A stretch of DNA of 31,880 nt from a virus. Shown one piece after another: positions 26,033 through 31,880 of the stretch. The position numbers were made by a program, and so were the translations under genes. The DNA lies in the IMG/VR virus record IMGVR_UViG_3300007516_000005. One strand, written 5' to 3'. Under the pieces are notes generated by a model that was not told where the DNA came from, ran no database searches, and saw only the letters and a program-made list of their open reading frames with translations. Each line of letters begins with the position of its first letter. The first letter of the stretch is position 1.

Positions 26033-26620
26033 ATGATTAGTAAAATCTCCGAAATACATATTGTGATATTTAAAACCGTTAGAAAATCATTTGCATACAA
26101 TGAAGGATCGCTGCTCGCAATAGCAGCTCCATTAGGCTATGGTTTTGATAAATTTTTAAATTTGGTTTTTGAAGGTATCGCTAATAAAACGCTGGTAATG
26201 CCAGTGCTGTTATTTGCAATATGTTTGTTTACCTATGGAATAGTTTCTATGTATGATTTTTTCACGGGCATTTCAGCTTCTAAAAAAGAACATATAATTA
26301 GCACCGGTAGTCCAAGAGGATATATAAAAAGTGACAAGCTATGGAGTAGTATTTGGAAATTTCAGGCGGTAATTATGGTGGCGAGTTTATTAGTGGTTTT
26401 CAATTATGTATTTCTTTTAATCAATTTTCCTACTATAGCTGGATTTTTCCAAATTGGAATACCTATTTTTTTTATGGTAGTTATTCTTTTTGATATACAT
26501 AGTATTGGCGAAAATCATTTTAGGAGATATGGCTCTAAGCCGAAATTTTACACTTTTATGGACGAGATTAATGAAGCTGTTAGAACAGGAATAATAGAAA
26601 AAATTAAAAAATTATTTTAA
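26033..26620 (+). CDS. Multi-TM membrane protein, holin-family-like
   Basis: 195 aa with about four hydrophobic segments. MYDFFTGISASKKEH resembles the phage holin-4 type D..TG motif. Immediately upstream of the endolysin. Confidence 0.5.
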   Translation: MISKISEIHIVIFKTVRKSFAYNEGSLLAIAAPLGYGFDKFLNLVFEGIANKTLVMPVLLFAICLFTYGIVSMYDFFTGISASKKEHIISTGSPRGYIKSDKLWSSIWKFQAVIMVASLLVVFNYVFLLINFPTIAGFFQIGIPIFFMVVILFDIHSIGENHFRRYGSKPKFYTFMDEINEAVRTGIIEKIKKLF

Positions 26621-26636
26621 CATAAAATAATTAATT

Positions 26637-27206
26637 ATGCCAGTAGCAGCTAAAGTAAAAAACATTGTGCATCATTGTACAGCAGGATTTGGAAATGTGG
26701 AGTCCATAGTACGTTTTTGGAGAGATACATTAGGATGGAAAAATCTTTTTGGGTATTTAACTATTACAGAAGTTGACGGCACTATCTGGTGGTTGAACAA
26801 AGAAGGTAAATACGTAAAAGACGAATCCCAAGCGGACTTCTCAAAAATTACAAACGGTGTGTTAAATCACAATTCAACAACAATGAGCAATGGGTATATA
26901 GGTGGTGTTGAAAATTTGGGCACTCCAAAGGAACCTATGTGGAAAGCTAAAGATACTAGAACAATTCATCAAATATCTTCAAATCACTACATTGTACAAA
27001 AGCAAATCCAATGGCTGAAAGACAATGGGAAAGATATCACTAAAGATTTAGGATACGTTGGCCACAGAGATTTTTCCCCTGATAAAAACGGAAATGGGGT
27101 CATAGAAAGTTGGGAGAGAATAAAAGAGTGTCCTTCTTATGATGTCATAGGTAGTACAGATCATTTTTTTTATTCTAGTGCCGACAGATATAAGAAATTA
27201 CCTTAA
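26637..27206 (+). CDS. Endolysin, N-acetylmuramoyl-L-alanine amidase (amidase_2/PGRP type)
   Basis: IVHHCTAG near the N-terminus and YVGHRDF...CPSYDV fit the zinc-amidase pattern. Located in the lysis cassette. Confidence 0.78.
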   Translation: MPVAAKVKNIVHHCTAGFGNVESIVRFWRDTLGWKNLFGYLTITEVDGTIWWLNKEGKYVKDESQADFSKITNGVLNHNSTTMSNGYIGGVENLGTPKEPMWKAKDTRTIHQISSNHYIVQKQIQWLKDNGKDITKDLGYVGHRDFSPDKNGNGVIESWERIKECPSYDVIGSTDHFFYSSADRYKKLP

Positions 27207-27218
27207 AAAATAGAAATA

Positions 27219-27770
27219 ATGAAAACAAGTTCCAACCTCCCTGAAAAAATATTGACATTTTTAATGTTCCTTATTTTCATTATTACGATTGCTTGTACTT
27301 TTACTTCTTGTAAAAGCAAGCAAAAAATTGTTGAGAAAGAATCAATTGTTCAAAAAGATACTGTTGAAGTTTTTATTTATATTAACGATACTGTAATTAA
27401 AGAAATAATTAAAACCATCACCCTGCCAGCAAATAGCGATAATGTAATTGAAAATCCCTGTGACGAAAAAGGAAACATCAGGCCAATTAATCAAACTATA
27501 AAAAGCGGAAATGCTTCTATTAGCGTTTATAGTAAGGATGGTAAATTATATATCTCTCAAAAGATAGATAGTGTCTCCAGTACTTTTGATCGTGAATACA
27601 GAAGTCGGTTTGAAAAGGACAGCATAAGAATTAAGCAGCAATTTGAAAGAGACTTTTCAAAAGTAGATAAAAAAGTAGTTTTTGTCTGGCCCTGGTGGTT
27701 GTATGCTTTAATTTTATACGGTATTTTATCTACAGCTTTAAATTTGTATCAAAGGTTCAAACTTTTTTAA
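27219..27770 (+). CDS. Unimolecular spanin candidate (N-terminal lipoprotein signal plus C-terminal TM)
   Basis: The N-terminus LMFLIFIITIACTFTSC ends in a lipobox-like Cys, and the C-terminus has VFVWPWWLYALILYGILSTALNLY. It is the last gene of the lysis cassette. Confidence 0.45.
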   Translation: MKTSSNLPEKILTFLMFLIFIITIACTFTSCKSKQKIVEKESIVQKDTVEVFIYINDTVIKEIIKTITLPANSDNVIENPCDEKGNIRPINQTIKSGNASISVYSKDGKLYISQKIDSVSSTFDREYRSRFEKDSIRIKQQFERDFSKVDKKVVFVWPWWLYALILYGILSTALNLYQRFKLF

Positions 27771-27790
27771 ATTGCAATAATATTGCAATA
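27771..27790. repeat. Direct repeat ATTGCAATA x2 (11-bp phase); candidate integrase arm-type sites (P arm)
   Basis: Copies at 27771-27779 and 27782-27790, about 60 nt upstream of the tRNA-derived core. Confidence 0.4.
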
Positions 27791-27848
27791 TAATTCTTTA
27801 AATTATGTTTTAATTGTTTGATATATAGCATTTTATATTTTTAAAAAG

Positions 27849-27895
27849 TCTGCCTTCTAAGCAGACGGTCAGAGGTTCGAATCCTCTCGCGATCA
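27849..27895 (+). other. attP core: the 3' 47 nt of a tRNA-Arg(TCT) gene (anticodon arm through discriminator)
   Basis: TCTGC-CTTCTAA-GCAGA anticodon arm, CGGTC variable loop, AGAGG-TTCGAAT-CCTCT T arm, CGCGATC acceptor 3' strand, then A. There is no D arm or 5' acceptor strand upstream. The integrase gene lies 140 nt downstream. Confidence 0.8.
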
Positions 27896-27900
27896 CACTT

Positions 27901-27940
27901 AAAACCCTTTGTAATCAAGAGATTTACAGAGGGTTTTTCT
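27901..27940 (+). terminator. Rho-independent terminator-like hairpin
   Basis: AAAACCCTTTGTAATC (27901-27916) pairs with GATTTACAGAGGGTTTT (27921-27937), with one bulge and an AAGA loop, followed by a T-rich tail. Confidence 0.6.
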
Positions 27941-27972
27941 TTTTATGTAATTTTTATTTTATACATTTATCA

Positions 27973-28020
27973 CGCAAATTGTGCGCAAATTTGGTAAAAA
28001 TTGCAACATTTTTGCAACAT
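27973..28020. repeat. Phased 11-bp direct repeats (CGCAAATT x2, TTGCAACAT x2); candidate arm-type sites (P' arm)
   Basis: CGCAAATT at 27973 and 27984; TTGCAACAT at 28001 and 28012. Immediately upstream of the integrase ATG. Confidence 0.4.
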
Positions 28021-28033
28021 CAAACAGTCTCGT

Positions 28034-29251
28034 ATGAAAATAACCATTACTTTAAATCGCGATAGGGTAACTGATCTTGGTCATCCTCTTGAATTGAAAA
28101 TTTCTCATCAAGGGAAACGAAAACAATTAATTATTTCGCACGCTAAGCTTCAGCAGTGGAATTTAAAAACAAACCTTCCTTTACAAAATCACCCGGCTTT
28201 TATGGAATTATATGAGCAAATTTTGCTTATTAAAGAAAGGGCTCTTTCTTTGCGATTTAAAGGTTTAAATGATTTAGATGATGCTATGGGGTTACTTCTT
28301 AATGATGGTGTAGCAAAACAGGATAATGTTGATTTTTACAACTATGTTTCAAGATATTTTACCAGTTTTAATGGTGCCGGTCTTGGTAAAGATAGTGTTA
28401 GTAGGCGAGGTAATATTGCTGTTTATAAAAATGCAGTCAAACAGATGGTAAAATATTACCCCGATTTTAGTTATAGTGATTTTGATTATAAAAAGATGTA
28501 TGCCTGGAAGATGTATTTATTGGAGCGTGGATTAAGCCTAGCAACGGTTAGTAATTATTTACGTACTATTAGAGCTTTGTATAATGAAATGTGCCGGGCC
28601 ACTGGTTTAGAAAACAGGCGGCCGTTTGAAAATGTGTTTACTGGGTTAAAGCGTAAAAGTTACAGATCAAAAAAGAAACATTTGTCGCGCATTGGTATTT
28701 TACGCCTGATATTGAAAAAAAATATCACGGAAACTTCTAAAAAGTATGTCGATATGTGGATGTTGCAGTTTTATTTTGGTGGTGCGGATTTAATGGATAT
28801 TTATTATTTAAAAAATGAAGATGTGCAGGGTGGGCGTGTTAGTTTTTGGCGCGGAAAAATGGAAAACAGCCCTTTAATTGATTTAAAAATACATTCCCAA
28901 GCTTTGGAAATTATTGACCGATACCGGCAGGATGGGGAATATGTTTTTCCCTGGCGAAAAGATGTAGATGGATATCGCTCTTTTCGTGGAAATATGTACC
29001 GGGATTTGATAAAATTTCAAGTAAAAAACAATGTGCAGGTGCATCCCGGTGGTGGTAAATTGGGGTTAAAAGTTGCGCGGCATAGTTTTGCTACTTTGGC
29101 AAAAAATTCAGGTGTTCCCGGGGATATTAGGCGTGAAATTATGGGACATACTGAAGATAATGTAGCAAATTTTTACGAAGATCTGCATAAGGTTGAAAAA
29201 AGAGATGCAGGATTATTTAAGGTCATTGATTTTATTTTTCTTGGTCCGTAA
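28034..29251 (+). CDS. int: Tyrosine-type site-specific integrase
   Basis: ARHSFATLAKNSGV and IMGHTEDNVANFY fit the catalytic R-H-R-Y region. The first ATG is at 28034; the track TTG at 28001 lies in the repeat region. Adjacent to the tRNA-derived attP. Confidence 0.9.
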   Translation: MKITITLNRDRVTDLGHPLELKISHQGKRKQLIISHAKLQQWNLKTNLPLQNHPAFMELYEQILLIKERALSLRFKGLNDLDDAMGLLLNDGVAKQDNVDFYNYVSRYFTSFNGAGLGKDSVSRRGNIAVYKNAVKQMVKYYPDFSYSDFDYKKMYAWKMYLLERGLSLATVSNYLRTIRALYNEMCRATGLENRRPFENVFTGLKRKSYRSKKKHLSRIGILRLILKKNITETSKKYVDMWMLQFYFGGADLMDIYYLKNEDVQGGRVSFWRGKMENSPLIDLKIHSQALEIIDRYRQDGEYVFPWRKDVDGYRSFRGNMYRDLIKFQVKNNVQVHPGGGKLGLKVARHSFATLAKNSGVPGDIRREIMGHTEDNVANFYEDLHKVEKRDAGLFKVIDFIFLGP

Positions 29252-29252
29252 T

Positions 29253-29480
29253 CTACTCAATAATAAATCTTGAAAGGCTGTTTCTTATGCTATCATATTC
29301 TTTCCTGGTGATAAGTTCTAGGTCTAAAAATTGTTTTGCTTCTTTAAGTGTTTTTAAAGATTCTTCTTTACTTTGGTGCTTTGCGAGGTTGTGAACTTCG
29401 TGACTACAATTTTTCAACTTAAAATAAATTACAATGCGAAACGAAAATATGAACTTAAAACAAAACTCACAATCTTGCAA
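29253..29480 (-). CDS. Small protein with a hydrophobic N-terminus and a SHOCT-like C-terminus
   Basis: LKEAKQFLDLELITRKEYDSIR resembles the SHOCT motif. It has only a TTG start, and its end lies 1 nt from the convergent int stop. Confidence 0.3.
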   Translation of the reverse strand: MQDCEFCFKFIFSFRIVIYFKLKNCSHEVHNLAKHQSKEESLKTLKEAKQFLDLELITRKEYDSIRNSLSRFIIE

Positions 29481-29550
29481 AACACGTGTTAGTGGCTGTT
29501 TTTGTGTGCAAAATGTTAAATTTTACAAAATAATTAAAATATTTTGCTTT

Positions 29551-29585
29551 TTTGTTTGGTAGTTACAAAATATGTTATATATTTG
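29551..29585 (+). promoter_or_regulatory. Bacteroidota-type promoter candidate (-33 TTTG, -7 TAnnTTTG)
   Basis: TTTG at 29555-29558 and TATATTTG at 29578-29585, with a 19-nt spacer. Lies about 47 nt upstream of the ATG at 29632. Confidence 0.4.
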
Positions 29586-29631
29586 TATTCAGATAACAAC
29601 AACGAAGTTATTATCACTAAAAATAAATATT

Positions 29632-29829
29632 ATGAAAACTATCTTCACTATCACAAACAGAAACTTTACTACTTTAAAATTTGCTCAAAAATTTGCTGAC
29701 AAAAATAATTTAGATTATTCTTTAATTTCAGAAAGACAAATAGAAGAATATGTTGCGCCAGAAAATGTTTTTATAGGTAAAGAAAGTCAAGAAAAATATA
29801 ATGAAAGAAAAGCAAATAACGCAAAATAA
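29632..29829 (+). CDS. Hypothetical protein
   Basis: The ATG at 29632 is preferred because the track start at 29572 overlaps the -7 box of the predicted promoter. 65 aa. Confidence 0.5.
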   Translation: MKTIFTITNRNFTTLKFAQKFADKNNLDYSLISERQIEEYVAPENVFIGKESQEKYNERKANNAK

Positions 29830-30023
29830 TGCCATACTTCATTATTGACAAAGAATCGAAAGAATTTGGTTTCTTCGGTTCTTTGCCTGTAATGGTTGAA
29901 AAATTTGATTTAGATAAGTCGAGTTTAGAATACCATTTCAGCAGAAAAAAAGAAACGACTTTTGAAAACGAAAAGCATCAGATTTTTAAAGCCGACTTAG
30001 AACGAGGTGGTTCTTTAAAATAG
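29829..30023 (+). CDS. Hypothetical protein
   Basis: 64-aa ATG ORF coupled to the upstream stop (TAATG). Confidence 0.5.
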   Translation: MPYFIIDKESKEFGFFGSLPVMVEKFDLDKSSLEYHFSRKKETTFENEKHQIFKADLERGGSLK

Positions 30024-30026
30024 CCA

Positions 30027-30389
30027 CTATCTGGTATTTATAAATGGGTCCTGAAGTTCGCCTGTGGTGATGGCGTTTTCATAATCTATTAGAACCGGCA
30101 AAAGACCATATCCCTTAAATAGAATATAAGGTTTTTCATATACTCTCACACCGTGCACTGTTACTGTTTGATTTGATAATCTAAAAGCTACTCGCTCGCC
30201 ACCTTGTGAAATATAAACAAAACCAAGATTTGTTGAGGCGGTGCCCAGGCGCAATTGCATACCCGTTTTGATGGTATCACCAGTAGCTGTAATATATGAG
30301 GTATATTTTCCTTTTTTTGTGGTGTTATAATTAGCTATTTGAGCCCCACAAATTTGAGTTAAAAAAAGTAAGAGTACTATTAGACGCAT
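30027..30389 (-). CDS. Secreted hypothetical protein (moron / lysogenic-conversion candidate)
   Basis: Signal-peptide-like N-terminus MRLIVLLLFLTQICGAQ. Same strand as the repressor and directly downstream of it. Confidence 0.55.
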   Translation of the reverse strand: MRLIVLLLFLTQICGAQIANYNTTKKGKYTSYITATGDTIKTGMQLRLGTASTNLGFVYISQGGERVAFRLSNQTVTVHGVRVYEKPYILFKGYGLLPVLIDYENAITTGELQDPFINTR

Positions 30390-30391
30390 AG

Positions 30392-30868
30392 TTATTTTTT
30401 TAGAGCTAGTTCTAGGCTTTGAATTGATTTATTTGTAATTCTACCTTCAGTTAAAATTTTATTTGTGTTAAGATAGGTTTTTTTTACACCATCTGCAATA
30501 ACAGAAATATCATTATCAAAAGATTGTTCTATTTTTTCAAGTTTTAAATATATCTTTAAAAATAGCTCATTTTTTTCTTTTTCTAAATCATATTTTTGTT
30601 TTTCTTCTTCAATTAAATTGTGAACAATTTTGTTTTTTAAGTAGTTTTTTGTACCCGGTATTTTAGATCCTATGATCCTTTCATCAAAGAAATTTAAAAT
30701 TTCATCGATGGTACTTTCGTGTGGTCTTTTTGACTTTCCGGTGATAATATTTAGAACTCCGGCTTCTGACAAATTAGTATTTTTAGCAATTTCGTAAGCA
30801 GTAATTTGATGTTTTTTGCTTAAATCTTTTACTAAAATATACTTCTCTTCTTTGGTTAAATGATTCAT
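30392..30868 (-). CDS. XRE/CI-like HTH transcriptional repressor
   Basis: ITAYEIAKNTNLSEAGVLNIITGKSKRP fits an HTH pattern. Divergently oriented from the early + strand genes across a repeat-bearing intergenic region. Confidence 0.65.
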   Translation of the reverse strand: MNHLTKEEKYILVKDLSKKHQITAYEIAKNTNLSEAGVLNIITGKSKRPHESTIDEILNFFDERIIGSKIPGTKNYLKNKIVHNLIEEEKQKYDLEKEKNELFLKIYLKLEKIEQSFDNDISVIADGVKKTYLNTNKILTEGRITNKSIQSLELALKK

Positions 30869-30903
30869 AGCTAGTTATTTATAAAATGTTAATAAAATAA
30901 AAC

Positions 30904-30939
30904 CCCAAATATTATGGTATTACCCAAATATTTTAGTAT
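30904..30939. promoter_or_regulatory. Two 17-nt direct repeats in the divergent switch region (operator candidates)
   Basis: CCCAAATATTATGGTAT (30904-30920) and CCCAAATATTTTAGTAT (30923-30939). TATGTTTG (30937-30944) fits a -7 box. Confidence 0.4.
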
Positions 30940-30979
30940 GTTTGTTACTGTATTTGTCAAATGTAAAAGTACTAAAACT

Positions 30980-31255
30980 ATGCCACAAAATAATAAAGGT
31001 ATGAAATCAATTATTGTTCAGCCAGTAAATAAATCGATTAAAATTTCTATAGAATCCATACTTGTTAAAAATGAATTTATAAAAATGGGTTTTAAAAGTG
31101 GCGGAATTTTATTTCTCATTTTAAAACACTCTTTTCCTGATATTTCTAAAAAATATACAAATGATCAAATAGTGTCTTATTGGAATTTACGCTTAAAAAG
31201 CGAGGAAATGAACAATGATTTTTTAAAAGTAATTGAAGTATTAAAAGCTGAATAA
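30980..31255 (+). CDS. Hypothetical early protein in the Cro position
   Basis: The track ORF starts at 30914, inside the operator repeats; in-frame ATGs at 30980 and 31001 are more plausible. No HTH recognised. Confidence 0.45.
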   Translation: MPQNNKGMKSIIVQPVNKSIKISIESILVKNEFIKMGFKSGGILFLILKHSFPDISKKYTNDQIVSYWNLRLKSEEMNNDFLKVIEVLKAE

Positions 31256-31256
31256 T

Positions 31257-31589
31257 ATGGAAGGTTTTATAAACGCAGATGAATTTATTGATGCTTTGTC
31301 CAGGCGAGGTCTTGTTATTGTTTCTGTAAGTAATTTTGAAACTTTTGTTGTTAAGAAAAAAGCCACTATTAAAGAAAAGCAGGCTATTTTTTTGAAAAAA
31401 AAGGCTTTAACATTTAAGGAAATTATTGATGCCGAGTTTTTTGATGTAACGAGTAAAAATACCTTCAGATACTGGATAAAAACAGGCCGTATTATGGAAG
31501 ATGAACATTTTATAAGTGAAAAAAATGGTAAGCATTATGTGCTTACCATTGCTGTTTTAAGGCTTTTGAGGTATGATAATTTTGTTTAA
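31257..31589 (+). CDS. HTH (excisionase/MerR-like) DNA-binding protein candidate
   Basis: LTFKEIIDAEFFDVTSKNTFRYWIKTGRI resembles an HTH_17-type motif. Confidence 0.4.
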   Translation: MEGFINADEFIDALSRRGLVIVSVSNFETFVVKKKATIKEKQAIFLKKKALTFKEIIDAEFFDVTSKNTFRYWIKTGRIMEDEHFISEKNGKHYVLTIAVLRLLRYDNFV

Positions 31590-31653
31590 TGTTTTGGCTC
31601 TCAATCGCTTTATAGTGTATAGGTGATGTTAACAAATTTAAAAAATCAAGATA

Positions 31654-31845
31654 ATGACAATATATCATCACGAACATAAAAACAGGATAGTTTTAGAGTT
31701 AGAACAAAATGAACTAATTCTAATAGCTCATTTAATAGAACAATGCCACGATAGATTAAAAGATAAAATGGAAAAGCCTTTATCTTCTAATATTCATAAA
31801 AAATTGCAAGAATTTATTAAATACGAAATGTATTTTTTTTGCTAA
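31654..31845 (+). CDS. Hypothetical protein
   Basis: 63-aa ATG ORF; its 3' end lies in the 123-bp terminal overlap. Confidence 0.5.
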   Translation: MTIYHHEHKNRIVLELEQNELILIAHLIEQCHDRLKDKMEKPLSSNIHKKLQEFIKYEMYFFC

Positions 31846-31880
31846 TGAAAAAGTATAATCCCCCACACTGTCGGGTAGGT
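31758..31880. repeat. Terminal overlap copy 2, identical to 1-123
   Basis: Same 123 nt as the window start; the offset is 31,757 bp. Confidence 0.95.

Larger units (their letters stand above)
1..31880 (+). mobile_element. Complete temperate Caudoviricetes genome (HK97-fold head, siphovirus-like tail gene order), circularly permuted with a 123-bp end overlap
   Basis: Full set of replication, packaging, head, tail, lysis and integration modules. The ends are identical (1-123 = 31758-31880). There is an attP-like partial tRNA plus integrase and no host flanking genes. Confidence 0.85.

Noticed and set aside
27849-27895. A functional second tRNA gene
   Set aside because: Only the anticodon arm, variable loop, T arm and 3' acceptor strand are present. 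No D arm or 5' acceptor strand exists upstream.
28001-28033. TTG-initiated extension of the integrase ORF
   Set aside because: It lies within the phased TTGCAACAT repeats, which are likely regulatory or arm sites. The ATG at 28034 gives a typical integrase N-terminus.
30914-30979. The ATG at 30914 as the start of the Cro-position ORF
   Set aside because: It sits inside the operator-like repeats and upstream of the -7-like box, and the extension translates to hydrophobic junk (MVLPKYFSMFVTVFVKCKSTKT). Internal ATGs at 30980 and 31001 are preferred.

Overview
The window is a complete temperate tailed-phage genome in circular (excised or assembled-circle) form, not a chromosomal segment. Bases 1-123 are identical to 31758-31880, so the unit length is 31,757 bp. 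The element carries an attP-like partial tRNA next to a tyrosine integrase and has no host flanks. Almost all genes are on the + strand.

Gene order across the junction:
- Lysogeny switch (30392-31845, then 1-737): minus-strand XRE-like repressor, divergent early genes, HTH excisionase-like protein.
- Replication (751-2816): HTH initiator with internal iteron-like repeats, then DnaB helicase.
- Packaging (2818-6367): HNH endonuclease, HKD/PLD-like protein, P27-type small terminase, large terminase.
- A roughly 4-kb accessory island between terminase and portal (6368-10445): C5 cytosine methyltransferase with a second long open frame inside it, YopX, a 330-nt structured non-coding region, a minimal RNA-ligase-family enzyme, and a 163-aa minimal Pol X-like nucleotidyltransferase.
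- HK97-type head module (10446-13619): portal, prohead protease, major capsid protein, followed by a terminator and a tRNA-Met(CAT).
- Connector and tail module (13780-25189): includes a G/GT-type -1 frameshift with the heptamer GGGAAAG, a Stealth-like transferase inserted before the tape measure gene, and a tail fibre.
- Lysis cassette (25787-27770): holin candidates, amidase endolysin, u-spanin candidate.
- attP (3' 47 nt of a tRNA-Arg(TCT), with phased arm repeats) and integrase (28034-29251), then a small moron cluster.

Start codons lack Shine-Dalgarno motifs and a TTTG...TAnnTTTG promoter is present, which suggests a Bacteroidota (Flavobacteriia-like) host. That host assignment is inference.

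All product calls come from motif recognition in the supplied translations. No database search was possible.

The most unusual observations are the dual-frame methyltransferase locus and the ligase/mini-PolX pair flanked by structured RNA-like elements.
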